Shown: positions 40,299 through 53,521, counted from the stretch's first letter. The stretch: DNA of 64,000 nt from Mobula hypostoma (GCF_963921235.1 NC_086108.1:7502001-7566000), one strand, 5' to 3'. Numbers and translations: made by a program. The notes: generated by a model not told the origin, from the letters alone.

Positions 40299-43200
40299 GT
40301 ACCTCTTCTTGGAGATGCTGCCTGGCCTGCTGCGTTCACCAGCATTTTTTGTGTGTGTTGCATGACCCAACCTTGTTGTTCAACCAAATACAGACAAGGT
40401 GCTTTTTAACAAAAAGGTCAACTTTATTTCTAGAACCAACACTTGCCCTGCAAAATTACAAAACTTTTAAGAAACTCAGTAAAATTTAGTCGAGTCTGCG
40501 AAAGATTATAATTGAATTAAAAAATTAGATTGAAGGAATAATGCTTAGGGTTTGAACAGAGCATCATTTTGGGAAAAACCTTTTCGTGTTCATCTGTGGA
40601 AGACAGTCACTGTAACATAACATTTCCTTATAATGGTTCTGTGCATTTTCCGGATCCAAAGAGAAAGAATGTAAACTCTGTATTTAGCAACCAGTGAAAT
40701 GAATAAATGGGAACTTACAAACACTGCTCCCCCTTCTCCCTTCTTCCATTGCCCACTCTGGTTCCTCTCCTCGCCTGATCACTTCCGTCTGGTCCCCTTC
40801 TCCTTCGCCCTCTCTCATGGTCCACTCTCCTTTCCTGTCAGATTCCTTGTCTCCAGCCCTTTATCTCATCCACCTATCATCTCTCAGCTTCTCACAACAT
40901 CAGCCCACCCACCTCCCCCTGTCACCTGGTCTCACCAGCCAGCTTGCACTCCTTCCCCGACCCCAACTTCTTCCCCCTAATTTTCCCGTCTTCATGAAGG
41001 GTCTCAGCCTGAAACGTTCGCTCTATTCCTCAGTTGATAGAAGGAGTCCATGGCATAAAAAAGATTGGGAACGCCTGTCCGCCTGTCGTAGGAGGGCAAC
41101 ATCCATCATCAGAGCTGCTTACCACCCAAGGCCATGCTCTCTTCTGACTGCTGCCATTAGGTAGAAGGTACAAGAGCCTCAGGACTCACACTACCAGATT
41201 CAGGAACAGTTACTGCCCCTCAACCACCTGGCTCTTGAACAAAAGGGGATAACTACACTCAAATATTGAGATGTTCACTTGCCCATCCATTGAGATGTTC
41301 CCACAACCAAAGATCTCACTTTAAGGATTCTTTACATTATTATCTCATGTTTTCATTATTTATTGCTATCTGCATTTGTACAGTTTGTTGTCTTCTGCAC
41401 TGTGGTTGATCTTTCATTGATCCTGTTATAGTTACTATTCTATAGATTTGCTGTGTATGCCCACAGGGAAATGAATCTCAGGGTTGTATGTGGTGATATA
41501 TATGTACTCTGATAAAACATTTACTTTTAACTTTGCCTGAGAATTATGCTATTGGGAAAAAGTCTAATACAATGTTCTTAGAGAATCTCTCTTTAAATTG
41601 AAGTTTAATGCAGCTATAAAGATAGCTGGGATGATGTTCACTGTTGTATCCCAGAATGAGATAATTTCCAAGATTTCTCTTTTTAAAAATAAGTAACAAA
41701 ATAATTCAACCATTGTGTGGCATTGGCACCAAATAACCATATGATCACACGGTGAAGCACTATTTATGCTGAAATTATTTCAGCCAGGTTTTGACAGGAA
41801 TATCAGAGATAACTGGAGTGAGTGACACAGAGTTCTTTTGAAATCGCACACCGCTTGTTCAATGATAATTACGTAACTGTTTGTCTGGTACTGAAGCTCA
41901 AAGTTGTTTTAGCAGCAAAGAAACATGCCGGCCCTAATTCCCGCCAGTCTCTTATCTCCATTGGGATTTCCCAAGGCGAATGCATCCCTGAATTAACAAA
42001 CTTACACTGGGAAAGCATGATTCTGCTTCTCACTTCTCATTCACTGTGTTAGTACTATTTATCTGAATTCCAATCCTACGCCTTGCACCCATATATTGCA
42101 GAATCCTGAATTCAATCAGGTCAGCAGAGGAAGAATTTCCTGAACTGCCCCTGAAAATCCAATCCATTCACCGAGACCAAAGGAATGTAGTTTTGCCAGA
42201 AACTACGGATAACTCTCTTCCCTGCAAAGTCCGTGGCTCTTGCTCTACAGCTGGTATCGCCTTGTGAAGAATGCTTTCCTGGCTGGCTGCCAGTGACTGG
42301 TGGTGTTCCGCAGGGGCCTGTGTCAGAACCGATCCTTTTTACCCTGTACGACAACCATTTGGATGACAGAATTGATGGCTTTGTTGCATAATTTGCAGAC
42401 AATACAAAGATTGGTGGAGGGACAGTTAGTGTTGAGGAAGCAGAGAGGCTGCAGAAGGACTTAAGACAGATTAGAAGAATGGGCAAAGAGGTGGCAGATG
42501 GAATATGTGTTGGGAAGTGCATGATCATGCACTTTGGTAGAAGGAACAAAAGCACGAACTATTTTCTAAATGGGGAGAAAATTAAAAAAAGCTGAGGTGC
42601 ATAGGAATTTGGGAGTGTTCGTGCAGGAGTCCCTAGAGGTAAATTTGTAGGCTGAGTCAGTTTTGAGCAAGGTGAATGCATTGTTAGTATTAATTTTGAG
42701 AGGACTAGAATATAAAAGCAAGGATGTAATTTTGAGGCTTTATAAGGCACTGGAGAGGACTCTCTTGGGAGCATTGTGAACAGTTTTGGGCACTTTATTT
42801 TAGAAAGGATGTGTTGACATTGGAGAGGGTTCAGAGGAGGTTTGCAAGAACGATTCTGGAAATGAAAGTTATCATATGACCAGCAACTGAAGGCTCTGGG
42901 CCTATACTCGCTGGAATTTAGAAGAATGGGAGGGGGGGGTTCTCATTGAAACATATTGAATGCTGAAAGGCCTAGAGTGGATGCGAAGCGGATGTTTCCT
43001 TTGGTGGGGAAGTCTAAGACCAGAGGCCACAGCCTCAAAATAGAGGGACATCCATTTAGAACATAGATGAGGAGGAATTTCTTTAGCCTTGTGGTTGTGA
43101 AGCTGTGGAATTCATTGTCACGGGCAGCTGTGGAGGCCCAGTCATTTGGTGTATTTAAGACAGAGGTTGATAGGTTCTTGATTAGTTAGGGCGTGAAAAG

Positions 43201-44699
43201 TTATGGAGAGGAGGCAGGAGAATGGAGATGAGAGGGATAATAAACCAACCATGATGGAATGGCAGACAGACTCGATGGGTTGAACAGACTAATTCTGCTC
43301 TTGTCTTATGGTCTTATGGAAACCAGATGTACCATGACCATATCATCATTTGGCGGATTACTTATCCATTAACTCATGTTCCTTGTCTCCAAAACATCCA
43401 CTACCTTCTCACTCACTGTCTCTAACCTCTTCCAGCACCATGGAAATATCTACATTTCTCCAATTCTCGACCATTTCAAACCTATGCTTTCCATAGCTTA
43501 AACGACAGAACTGCTGATCCTTGTTCAGTGGAATGACGATGAAAAAGACTGCCTTGAATTTTTATCACAAATATCATGTCTCGTTCAGAAAGTCCCAATG
43601 CATTAACCGTAATATAGGAAGCAGCCAGTTGACATGTAGCAAGCTTCCACAATATCGAGGAAAACTCTAACTTTTTCTTTGAAACAGTAACCATGGAATT
43701 TTTTAAACGTACAATAAATAAACATCAGAAAAGCCAACAGTGCAGCACTCCCTCAGCACAGTACACACCAGTGTGAGGTGTCGCACTTTGGAAGTACCAA
43801 CCAGGGTAGGACTTACACAAAGAACGGTAGGGCTCCGAGGAGTTTGGTGGAACAGAAATATCTGGGAATACAGATCCATAATCTTTGGAAAGTAGTATCA
43901 AAGATAGATATGGCATTCATTAGTCAAAATATTAAGTACAGCAGTTGGGATGTTATGTTGAAGTTGTATAGAACATGAGGAAGTCTGCAGATGCTGTAAA
44001 TTCAAAGCAACACTCATAAAATGCTGGAGAAACTCAGCAGGTCAGGCAGCATCTATGGAAATCAATAAACAGTCAACATTTCAGGCTGAGGCCCTTCTTC
44101 AGGACTAGTTCCTCCAGCATTTTGTGTGCAGTCAAAGTGGTGGATGCAGGTTCGATTTAAGATAGGTTTGGATAGGTACATGGATGGAAGGGGTATGGAA
44201 GGCTATGGTCCAGGTACAGGTCAATCAGACTAGGCAGAATAACAGTTCAGTACAGACTAGATGGGGAGAAGGACCTGTTTCTGGACTGTTGTGCTCTATG
44301 ACTTTATGACCACCCTGAGAATGCAGTCTATATATTTGTGGTTGGGTCTCTGGAATGGCACTTGAACCAACAACCTGGCTATGAAGTGGAATGCAAGGCT
44401 GAACAAGTTGCATCTAACACTAATTACTGATGGAAAATGGCACTCTCGAGAGTTGAGGTCCATTGGACCCTCACACCCCCCAACTGATTTCTTGCTCACT
44501 GGTTTCTTGGAGCCTGAGGAATGACACAGGGACTGGCAACCTTCACATTCCTGATCTTTAGAGCAGGTAATTAATTAAGAAAAAAAACAGCCAAATGCCA
44601 GGGAGTGGAGCATGGTCCAGGAAAGAATGCAGACACTGCAGAGGAGTGGGAAAGGCAAAAGGTGAGATGTGGAGTGATTCTACAGCTCAATATTAATCA

Positions 44700-45085
44700 A
44701 CCTCCTCAAGGAGGACCACAACCTTGTCACAGTTTGGAGGCTTGCGGGCCCAACGACCTGGAGAGCTACGCTAGTTGGAGTCTGGGCTTCATGCTTTGGC
44801 TCTTGGTAGGGTCACCCATGCCAAACAGGCCAGGCTAAGCGTGGCCCACCGGTCCTCCAGGATTCAGCTCAGGGCTACCAGATAAAATTGTTACGGAAAC
44901 GGCAATGAAGAATCCTCTTACATCTGAGTGTGACAGTATCCCTGAGCCTCCACCTGGGACTTTCCTGGCTGACAGTGATGAAAACCAAGAGGAAACTACT
45001 GACCTGATGAAGGAACCCCTGAACACTGCCAGAGACGGAGAACCTTCATTGTTGCCCTAAACGCCAGTGGTGTAACTGGCATTGA
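44700..45085 (+). mobile_element. Bipartite non-autonomous RTE derivative (5' UTR plus 3' tail)
   Basis: RTE-type GGTAGGGTCACCCATG leader. The tail CTTCATTGTTGCCCTAAACGCCAGTGG resembles the end of the RTE at 23.5 kb. Copies at about 18080-18270 and 32450-32825(-). Confidence 0.6.
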
Positions 45086-45389
45086 TGTGTGAGTATTAAT
45101 TAACCAAAGACATTCTGATTGGTCTCCAGCTTGAATGGTGATTGAGCTATTAATCTTTCAGTGTGTGGCTTGTCAGTGCATTATAATTTCAGGGCTGTGG
45201 GTTGGATGTCACGTGTTGGTTGGTGGATGTTGGGGGGCTGCATAAGAATACATCTGCTTACAGCATCGCCTGATACTGAAGTCTGAATCAAAGCAATTTG
45301 AGGGAACAAGAACAACACAAAATGGATAGAACCTGATTTACTTTGGACACAGAATGGCAGCTATTTCACTGCATGTGGAAGGAACCTCA

Positions 45390-45395
45390 TTTATT
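45390..45395 (-). terminator. Candidate SAE1 polyadenylation signal AATAAA
   Basis: Minus-strand AATAAA about 200 nt after the stop codon, in non-repeat sequence. Confidence 0.45.
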
Positions 45396-45591
45396 TGCAA
45401 TTCGGAGATCACTCAGCACAGCTTTAGAATTGTGTCTGTGTTCAATTTGTCCAAACTATTTCACTTTGTTTTTTAATGGTAACTTTGCTTGGGAGTTTGA
45501 CATATTGCTGTTTGCTGGATATTCTGGTTATTGGCTGCGAAGACTGTGTGTCTATGACACCCTAAAAATGTCCGATCTTCCTCAATTTTCC

Positions 45592-45684
45592 TTATTTGGG
45601 CCCGATGCAGTCCACAATTCCATTACTTTTGAGTCCATCGAAGAAGAAGAAGTTGTTGTGAGGTGGGTCTCGCTGAGACAAGGC
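45592..45684 (-). CDS. SAE1: SAE1 last coding exon (93 nt including TAA)
   Basis: Acceptor tgtgttctttacag|. Encodes ALSQRDPPHNNFFFFDGLKSNGIVDCIGPK*, matching the SAE1 C-terminus. Confidence 0.97.
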   Translation of the reverse strand, partial: ALSQRDPPHNNFFFFDGLKSNGIVDCIGPK

Positions 45685-46028
45685 CTGTAAAGAACACACA
45701 TTCACCATGAGCCGTTCTCGGTGGCAGAGCGGAGAGAGCAGAAAGCTGGCCTTGCATACCTGCCGTAACCAGCCCCCCCCCCACCCGAAGGTGCTATTCC
45801 GAACTCCACAGCTCACACTTGCAACACTGTGTTCAGTTCCGGTCACCTCATTATAGGGAGGACATGGAAGCTTTAGAGAGGGTGCAGAAGAGATTTACCA
45901 GGATGGTGCCTGAATTAGAGAGCATGTCTCGTGAGGATAGGCTGAGCGAGCTGTATCTCTAAACTAAAAAAAATGTAGAGGGTAATGGATCAAGTATTGG
46001 GTGATGGGACTAATAAGGAAGGATTTCC

Positions 46029-46637
46029 TGGATTGCCAATGGTAGAACATAGATCTTTGTCTTCTTCAGCCTATGGGACGATTGCATTTGTTACTTTAAT
46101 GGCCAGAAGATCTATTTTATTGAACCGGAAGGAGACCAGTCCTCCTCCTACATTCCAATGGTTTTCTCAAACTATATTATGTTTAAATTTAGAAAAAATT
46201 AGAAGAGATATTTTTGATCCTTCGGTTAAATTTGAAGAAACTTGGAAACCATTTATTAAACATTTTCATATGATGTAATTTGACCTTTCCGAATCTTCCT
46301 TATTAACTTAAATTATACAAATAGAGGAGCGGAGTTGACGACATTACTGAACGTGTTCGATTTAAGATATTGGTCTAGCCCTGTTGTTCTGTTTGCTTTT
46401 TTTGGGTTTAGTATTTAGTTCTTTTTTTTCCTTTTTTTGGGGGGGGGGGTTTCTTTGTATATATGTTTTTTTCTTTTTATTTCTTTTTTTCTGTATGATT
46501 AATTACATCATGAGTTTGGAAGTCTATTATACCTGTGTAATGTTTATTAATAATAAGACTATTCCAATCTCTTTGTATCAACATTATTATTTTGTTTATA
46601 ATTTTGAAAACTAATAAAAAGATTTAAAAAGAAAGAA
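46029..46637 (+). mobile_element. L1-clade LINE 3' fragment with 14-bp TSD, antisense in the last SAE1 intron
   Basis: AFVTLMARRSILLN...LEKI...KFEETWKPF ORF2 C-terminus, AATAAA plus (GAAA) tail. TSD AAGGAAGGATTTCC at 46015-46028 and 46638-46651. Confidence 0.82.
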
Positions 46638-47002
46638 AAGGAAGGATTTCCAATGGTCAGCATGGATGAGTTGGGCTGAATAAAACGTATGATCCTATGA
46701 TTCTAGCAGGCAGCATATATTGTGGGGAAGTATACAGCTAGTATGGTAGGCTTTAAGCATTTGAAGAGAGAAAGCCAGGGATGTGAGAGGACCTCTTCTT
46801 TGGTGTATAGCAGAGAAACAGACAGGAATTCAATTCTGTTTGTGCCCCACGTGACCTTCCCCACCTCCACCCCCTTTCTATCCCCGTCCCCATGAAGTAC
46901 ACCTGTATACAACAATAGTGACCACATGTGTCTGTACCTGGCACCACCCGAGTCCCGAATCTGTTAATTGCTTTTTGACGAGTAGTTTACAGACCAACGT
47001 AC

Positions 47003-47072
47003 CTTTACAATTTCCTGGCTGAGCACTCCACCCACAACAGCGCACACGGGTGCCAATTCTGAGAAACATGAG
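47003..47072 (-). CDS. SAE1: SAE1 penultimate coding exon (70 nt)
   Basis: Acceptor tgattcccctag| and donor |gtacgt. Encodes SCFSELAPVCAVVGGVLSQEIVK, the E1-family APVCAVVGG motif. Enters in phase 2, exits in phase 0, joining both neighbours in frame. Absent from the ORF track. Confidence 0.96.
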
Positions 47073-48549
47073 CTAGGGGAATCAGACGCAAAGCTTTAGA
47101 ATATTAACACACCATTATTTGACTGTATAACAGCTAAAATATTCTTTTTATTATGAAAACAGAAAGCACTTCATTTTTCTTCAACTGTGACAAACCACCA
47201 AACTCTTGGAGTAAGAGGAGATTAAAAATTTGGCTGAATTGCGTCACAAAAGCAAGGATGTAATGTTAAGGGTTTATAAAACACTGGTGACGCCACACTT
47301 GGTGTAACATGAACAGTTTCAGGCCCCTTATCTAAGAAAGCAGTTGCTGACATTGGAGAGGGTTCAAAGGAGGTTCACAAGAATGATTCCAGGATAGAAA
47401 GGCTTGTCACATGTGGAGCATTTGATGGCTCTGGGCCTCTATTCACTAGAATCCTGAAGAACGAGGGATGACCTTATTGAAATCCATCGAATGCTGAAAG
47501 ACCTTGATAGAGTGGATGTGGAGAGGATGTTTCCTATGGTGTGAGTTGAGGCCCAGAGGACACAGTCTTAGAATAGAGGAGCGTCCTTATAGAATGGAGA
47601 TGAGGAGTAATTTCTTTAGCTGGAGTGTGGTGAATTTGTGGAATTTGTGGCCAGAGGTGGCTGTGGAGGTCAAGTCTTTACAAATATTTAAGGCAGAGGT
47701 TGATAGATTCTTGATGGGATATGGGGAGAAGGCAGGAGATTGGGGCTGAGAGGAAAAAATTGATTAGTCTTGATGAAATGGCGGAGCAGACTCGATGGGC
47801 CAAACAGCCTACTTCTGCTCCTATATCTTATGATCTTATAACAACAACCTCTCACTCAATGCCAGCATGACCAAGGAAATGATTGTAAACTTCAGGAGAG
47901 GGAAACCAGAGGTCCATAAGCCAGTCCTAATTGGGGGATCAGAGGCGGAGAGAGTCAGCAACTTTAAATTCCATGGTGTTACTATTTGCGTCCTGTGCCC
48001 AGCACGTAAGTGCAATTGTGAAGAAAGCTGCTAGGGGCAGCCTGCACGTGTTGCCATGCTCCCAGCTCAGCGTGGCATGCCCACAACTCACTAACCCTAA
48101 CCACACGTCTTTGGAATGCGGGAGGAAACCCAAGCAGTCATACAAACTCCTTTCAGATAACTGCAGGAGTTGAACCTCGATCTTACAGCTGCCGCTGTAA
48201 AGCGTTACGCTTTTGGATTGAAATGGATCAATTTAATATCAGAGAATGCATACTGTATACAACATGAAATTTTTACTCTCCACAGATATCCACGAAACAA
48301 GAAACCCCATAGAATGAATTATAGCAACATTAGAACCCCAAAGCCCCCCCTCCCCAGCACAAGCAGCAGCAGAAGCATCAACGGTAACCCACCCCCCCCC
48401 ACCCAAAGGGATCAGGAATTCTTTATCAATCATTACACTTGAGCTGTATTCCAACAGCTTGTTGCTTTGTCATAGTTGAGTCTTCAACAGCCGGCCTATA
48501 TGCAGCACACTCAATATTACGGTGGCCTACAGTGCTCCTTAAGGTTGTA

Positions 48550-49125
48550 ATAGCTGGGGTTGGTAATGGAGATAAGCTCCCACAACCTATTAAATGTTCC
48601 CAATGGCACGTGTCTCAAACAACTTCTGAAAACCAAGTCCAACTCCTGGTCTTCGGGTCTGGCCTACCTACTAAGCCCGGCGGAACTGTTTCTTCTGACA
48701 AGAGAAGGGGCAAAGGTGGGTTACTGGTGCCTTAAAGCCAGTCGCTTCGGGCAGATGGGGCTCATCAGCTGTGGTTGACAGCTCATCTAGGAGAAGGAAA
48801 ACTTTGATCTCAAACCTCTGGTGCCTCACGGTTATACTCACTCACGGGGAAGGCTTCAGGGAGTAAACCCTAGAGGGAAAAATCCGGAGCTGGAGTCCCT
48901 AAGGCAGCCCTACGTTGAGTTCAACACTGACTGGCAACTCGTGTGACGCCGCTGGTGTCAAACTGTTTTGGTCTCTGCTGTTCCTTTGGGCTCATCACAT
49001 GCGTGGAGAGGGGGAGCTTACTGCATGGGCAACTGCTTGCTCTCCATATTGTACTGCCCTGGCCTAAGTACCTAGACAGCTAGGACGCAATATCATGATC
49101 AACCCTGACCAACGGAAGCCTCAGA
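48550..49125 (+). mobile_element. Non-autonomous retroelement with structured RTE-like leader
   Basis: CTAGGAGAAGGAAAACT motif. Homologous copies at 38485-39740 (split) and about 57860-58175(-). Confidence 0.6.
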
Positions 49126-50683
49126 CAACAGTGCTATGCAGGAGCATCACTGAGCACACAGAAGTGGATGGGCCACACCAGGTTCCATCCTACACCTAAT
49201 AACATGGCCACTGAGTGCATATCTGAAATATGATTTCTCTTCCATTTGTCCTTGCTGATTGCTCAGAGGTGGTTTACCAGATTGCTGCCCAGCTTGGAGA
49301 GCGTCTTATGAGGAGAGGTTCAGTGAGCTAAAGCTTTTCTTTTGGAGCTTAGGAAGATGAGAAGTGACTTGATAGAGTGTATATGATAATGAGGCATAGT
49401 TCAAGTGGACAGCAAAACACTTTATCCCAGGGTGGAAATGGCGTAATTTAAAGGCGATTGGAGAAAGTATACGAGATGTCACAGATAGTTCGCTTTTTAC
49501 ACAGAGAACGCGAGTGCATGGAACACCTTGCTAGGGGTTAGGGAGATACATTAGGAGCATTTAGGAACTCTTAGAAAGGCACATGGATAGAAAAATGGAG
49601 GTCTATGTAAGAGGGAAGGGTAGATTTATCTTAGAGTAGGTTCCTGCCGCTAAGCATAAGGAGTTTGTATGTTCTCCCCAAGACCACGTGGGATTCCTCT
49701 GGGCGCTCCTGTTTCTTCCCACAGTCCAAAGACGTATTGGTTGACAGGTTAATTGGTCATTGTAATTGTCCCATGATTAGTCTAGGATTAGATCGAGGGA
49801 TTGCTGGGTGGCGTGGCTCAAAGAGCTGGAAGATCCTATTCCGTGCCGTATCTCAATAAATAAACAAATTAAGTACCCTTTGATGCCCTTACTAATCAAG
49901 AACCACCTTATTTATACCTTTGTCTTGGCTTCCACAGCCATCTGTGGCGATGAATTCCACAGATTCACCACCCTCTGGCTAAAGAAATTCCTCCTCATCT
50001 CTGTTCTAAAGATCCGTTCCTCTAGTCTGAGACTGTGCCCTCTGGTCCTGGACTCTCCCACTATTGGAAACATCCTCTCCACATCCATTCTGTCTAGGCC
50101 TTTCAATATTTTGTAAGTTTCAATGAGATCCCCTCCCCATCTCATTTTTGAAACTCCAGCATGTACAGGCCTTCAGCCACCAGACGTTCCCTCATACATT
50201 GACCCTTTCGTTCTCAGGATTATTCTTGTAAACCTTCTCTGGACCCTCTCCTGCCCTGGCTTTACTTGAAGCTCATACTACAGTTGGGGTGAGAGATAAA
50301 CTGGGGTCCCTTTAGGTCTGAACTGCAGGTCTTTTCATTTCTAAAATCATTGTTCATTCTTTGTGTCTGCTCTTTCCTTGAATTATACAGACAGAGGGTT
50401 CTGCACCTGGTCTCTTCTTGATTGAAGGCGGAAAACGAAAGACACTTTAGGGGAGAGAAGCAGGTAACATTTTGCACATCATTGTGGGCCTAAGGGTCTG
50501 TACAGTGCTGTGATGTTCTATGGTGTATCCGTCTCTACAGAAGAGGTACCTATGCTATAACAGCCAGCATGAGACAATCGGAAAAACATGCAGAAAAATG
50601 GACAAAAATACTTCTTCCTTGTCAAGGTTTCTACTGTACTTGAGCACTAACCCTCTGGGTAGAGCACAGGAAATCCAACTTAC

Positions 50684-50828
50684 CTGATGAACTCATCTGC
50701 AAGCAGGTCGCTCTTCACGCCCAACGAATCGAGCACATCGCTCCTCAGTTGCAGCAGCAGTTCTGAATCATCTCCGTAGCTGTCAGGTGAGGGATCGCGG
50801 GCCTTCACATTCCGGAACTTCAATAGGA
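50684..50828 (-). CDS. SAE1: SAE1 third-last coding exon (145 nt)
   Basis: Acceptor ttcttttccctggcag| and donor |gtaagt. Encodes (V)LLKFRNVKARDPSPDSYGDDSELLLQLRSDVLDSLGVKSDLLADEFI(S), recognisably vertebrate SAE1 (VLLKFRTDKGRDPSSDTYEEDSELLLQIRNDVLDSLG). Enters in phase 1, exits in phase 2. Confidence 0.96.
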
Positions 50829-50965
50829 CTGCCAGGGAAAAGAACAATTGATAAGCACTGTGCAAAAAGTAACGAGCATTCATCATCAAGGGCCTCCACC
50901 ATCCAAGCCATGCTCTCTTCCTGCTTTTTCCAGTCAGGAAGGAGGTAGGTCCCATCAGGAGCCAT

Positions 50966-51142
50966 AGGTCCCAGACCACCAGGTTCAGGAACAGTTATTA
51001 CCCCACAACCATCAGGCTCCTGAACCAGTGTGGATAACTTCACTCACCACAATGAGCCTCAGGTCCCACACCACCAGGTTCAGGAACAGTTATTACCCCA
51101 CAACCATCAGTCTCCTGAACCAGTGTGGGTAACTTCACTCAC
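50966..51142 (+). repeat. Fourth locus of the 95-bp LINE-tail array (about 2 units, opposite orientation)
   Basis: Same junction CTCACCACAATGAGCCTCAGGTCCCAC. Confidence 0.88.
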
Positions 51143-51795
51143 CTTAGCTATGAATTGATTCCACAACCTACAAGGCCACAGGGCCTCTTTTCGCTACTAC
51201 CACCGGGCAGGAGGTACAGCAGTTTGATTACTGAACACAGCCTATGGATTCACTTTCAAGGACACAACTCACGTTCTCAACATTATTGATTCAGTCCTGA
51301 AGAAGGGTCTTGGTCTGAAATGTTGACTGTTCATGCACTTCCACGGACACTGCCTGACCTGCTGAATTTGTGTATGCTGCAGACTATCTTATGTATATTA
51401 TTTATTTATTACTATTATTACTTGTTTCTCAGTCTTTCTTTGTAGCTTTTCATTAATGCTATTGTACTACTTTGTTCTACTGTGAATGCCTGTAGGGAAA
51501 TGAGTGCTTCGGTAGTATTTTGTGACATATACATATTTGGATAATAAATTAATTTTGAACCTTCCAGTGTTTCTATATCCAACTGTTTGTAAACTTTTAG
51601 CAATGTGTAGTATACATGGCCCTATATTTCTGTATTTTCTTTGTACGTAAGTGTTATGGCAGTGTAGCTCAAACAGAACTTTTTCACTCTTATCAGGAGA
51701 CCCCCTTATCTGACCAGCTTATGGTGAGTTGTATGTATATAGGGAGAACAAAAGGACAAGGTCTTTGTTAGTTTATTTTACTTGCTCTTACATTG

Positions 51796-52194
51796 ATGAG
51801 CAGCTAAGGAAATGGCGGTAACCTCTTGCCATTCCGCATGTGGAACCTCCAATGAGCAGCTAAGGAAATGGCGGTAACCTCTTGCCATTCCGCATGTGGA
51901 ACCTCCAATGAGCAGCTAAGGAAATGGCGGTAACCTCTTGCCATCCTGTGTGTGGAACCTCCAATGAGCAGCTAAGGAAATGGCGGTAACCTCTTGCCAT
52001 CCCGCGTGTGGAACCTCCAATGAGCAGCTAAGGAAATGGCGGTAACCTCTTGCCATCCTGTGTGTGGAACCTCCAATGAGCAGCTAAGGAAATGGCGGTA
52101 ACCTCTTGCCATCCCGCGTGTGGAACCTCCAATGAGCAGCTAAGGAAATGGCGGTAACCTCTTGCCATTCCGCGTGTGGAACCTCCAATGAGCA
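51796..52194. repeat. 56-bp minisatellite, 7 units
   Basis: ATGAGCAGCTAAGGAAATGGCGGTAACCTCTTGCCAT(T/C)C(C/T)G(C/T)(A/G)TGTGGAACCTCCA starts at 51796, 51852, 51908, 51964, 52020, 52076 and 52132. Confidence 0.97.
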
Positions 52195-52459
52195 AAGCAC
52201 TGCAGGCTCAGCCAGCCCCACCCTCCCCGCCATCATCTTCAGGAGGTGGCGCCTCTAGCAGCCAGCACCCATCACTAAGGACCCTCATCATTGAGGCATG
52301 CCCTCTTCTCATTACTACCTTCAGGGATGAGGTACAGGAGGCTGAAGACTCACACTTGACATTTTGGGTTAGAGAGAATCTGTTTCCCATTGTTGAAATG
52401 CCTAATACCTGAGGGAATGAATTGAAAGTAAGAGAGGGTAGGGTCAAAGGGGATGTGAG

Positions 52460-53040
52460 GGTACAACATCCTCTTTATCTAGCCTACTTGTAATTTCCTC
52501 AAGTAATTCCAACAGGTTCATCAGACAAGATTTTCCCTTAAGAAAACCATGCTAACTTTGTCTTATCTTGCCCTGTGTCACCAAGTACTCCAGAACCTCA
52601 ACCTTAACAATTGATTCCAACATTTTCCCAACCACTGAGGTCAGGCTAACTGGTCTATGATTTCTGCTGCCTTCCTCCTTTCTTAAAGAGCGTAGTGGCA
52701 TTTAAAATTTTCCAGTCCTCTGGGACCATATTAGAGTCCAATGATTCTTGAAAGATCATTATTAATGCCTCTACCATCTCTACTACTACCTCTTTCAGAA
52801 CCCTACAGTGCAGTTCATCTGGTCCAGGTGACTTACGTACCCTTATGACTCTAAGCTTTTTGAGCACCTTCTCCCTTGTAATAGTCACTGCACTCACTTC
52901 TCTTCCCTCGGACCCTTCAACATCTGGTACACTGCTAGTGTCTTCCACAGTTAAAACTGATGCAAAATACTCATTTAGTTCATCTGCCATCTCCTTGTCC
53001 CCATTATTATTTCTCTGACCTCATTTTATAGTGATCCCAT
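52460..53040 (-). mobile_element. CR1 ORF2 internal fragment
   Basis: MADELNEYFASV...KSPGPDELH...PEDWK...RPVSLTSVVGKMLE. Confidence 0.88.
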
Positions 53041-53101
53041 ATCCGCTCTCATCTTTTATTTTAAGAGACATTTGGATAGGCGAATGGATATAAGGAAAAC
53101 A

Positions 53102-53521
53102 GAGGGATATGGACATTGTGTGGGTAGGAGGGATATGGACATTGTGTGGGGTGGAGGGATATGGACATTGTGTGGATAGGAGGGATATGGACATTGTGTG
53201 GGTAGGAGGGATATAGACATTGTGTGGATAGGAGGGATATGGACATTGTGTGGGTAGGAGGGATATGGACATTGTGTGGGGTGGAGGGATATGGACACTG
53301 TGTGGATAGGAGGGATATGGACACTGTGTGGATAGGAGGGATTTGGACATTGTGTGGGTGGAGGGATATGGACATTGTGTGGATAGGAGGGATATGGACA
53401 TTGTGTGGGTGGAGGGATATAGACATTGTGTGGATAGGAGGGATATGGACATTGTGTGGGTAGGAGGGATATGGACATTGTGTGGGTGGAGGGATATGGA
53501 CATTGGGTGGGTAGGAGGGAT
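53102..53521. repeat. 25-26-bp G-rich minisatellite (about 16 units) within a CR1 3' UTR
   Basis: GAGGGATATGGACATTGTGTGG(G/A)TAG repeats. Flanks continue as CR1 UTR (GACATTTGGATAGG...GGGATTAGTTT). Confidence 0.93.

Noticed and set aside
41963..41972. Perfect NF-kB site GGGATTTCCC, and a TATAAA at about 19521
   Set aside because: Isolated short motifs are expected by chance in 64 kb, and no linked gene was identified.
1..45300. BBC3/PUMA or another neighbour expected from mammalian synteny downstream of SAE1
   Set aside because: No BH3-like or other recognisable coding exon found by eye. A diverged exon could have been missed.
50391..50463. Plus-strand exon-like segment antisense to SAE1
   Set aside because: Stops in all three frames and no partner exons. 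Splice-like motifs alone are insufficient.
51796..52194. CRISPR-like array of hairpin repeats
   Set aside because: Units are contiguous with no unique spacers, there are no cas genes, and the context is a vertebrate intron.
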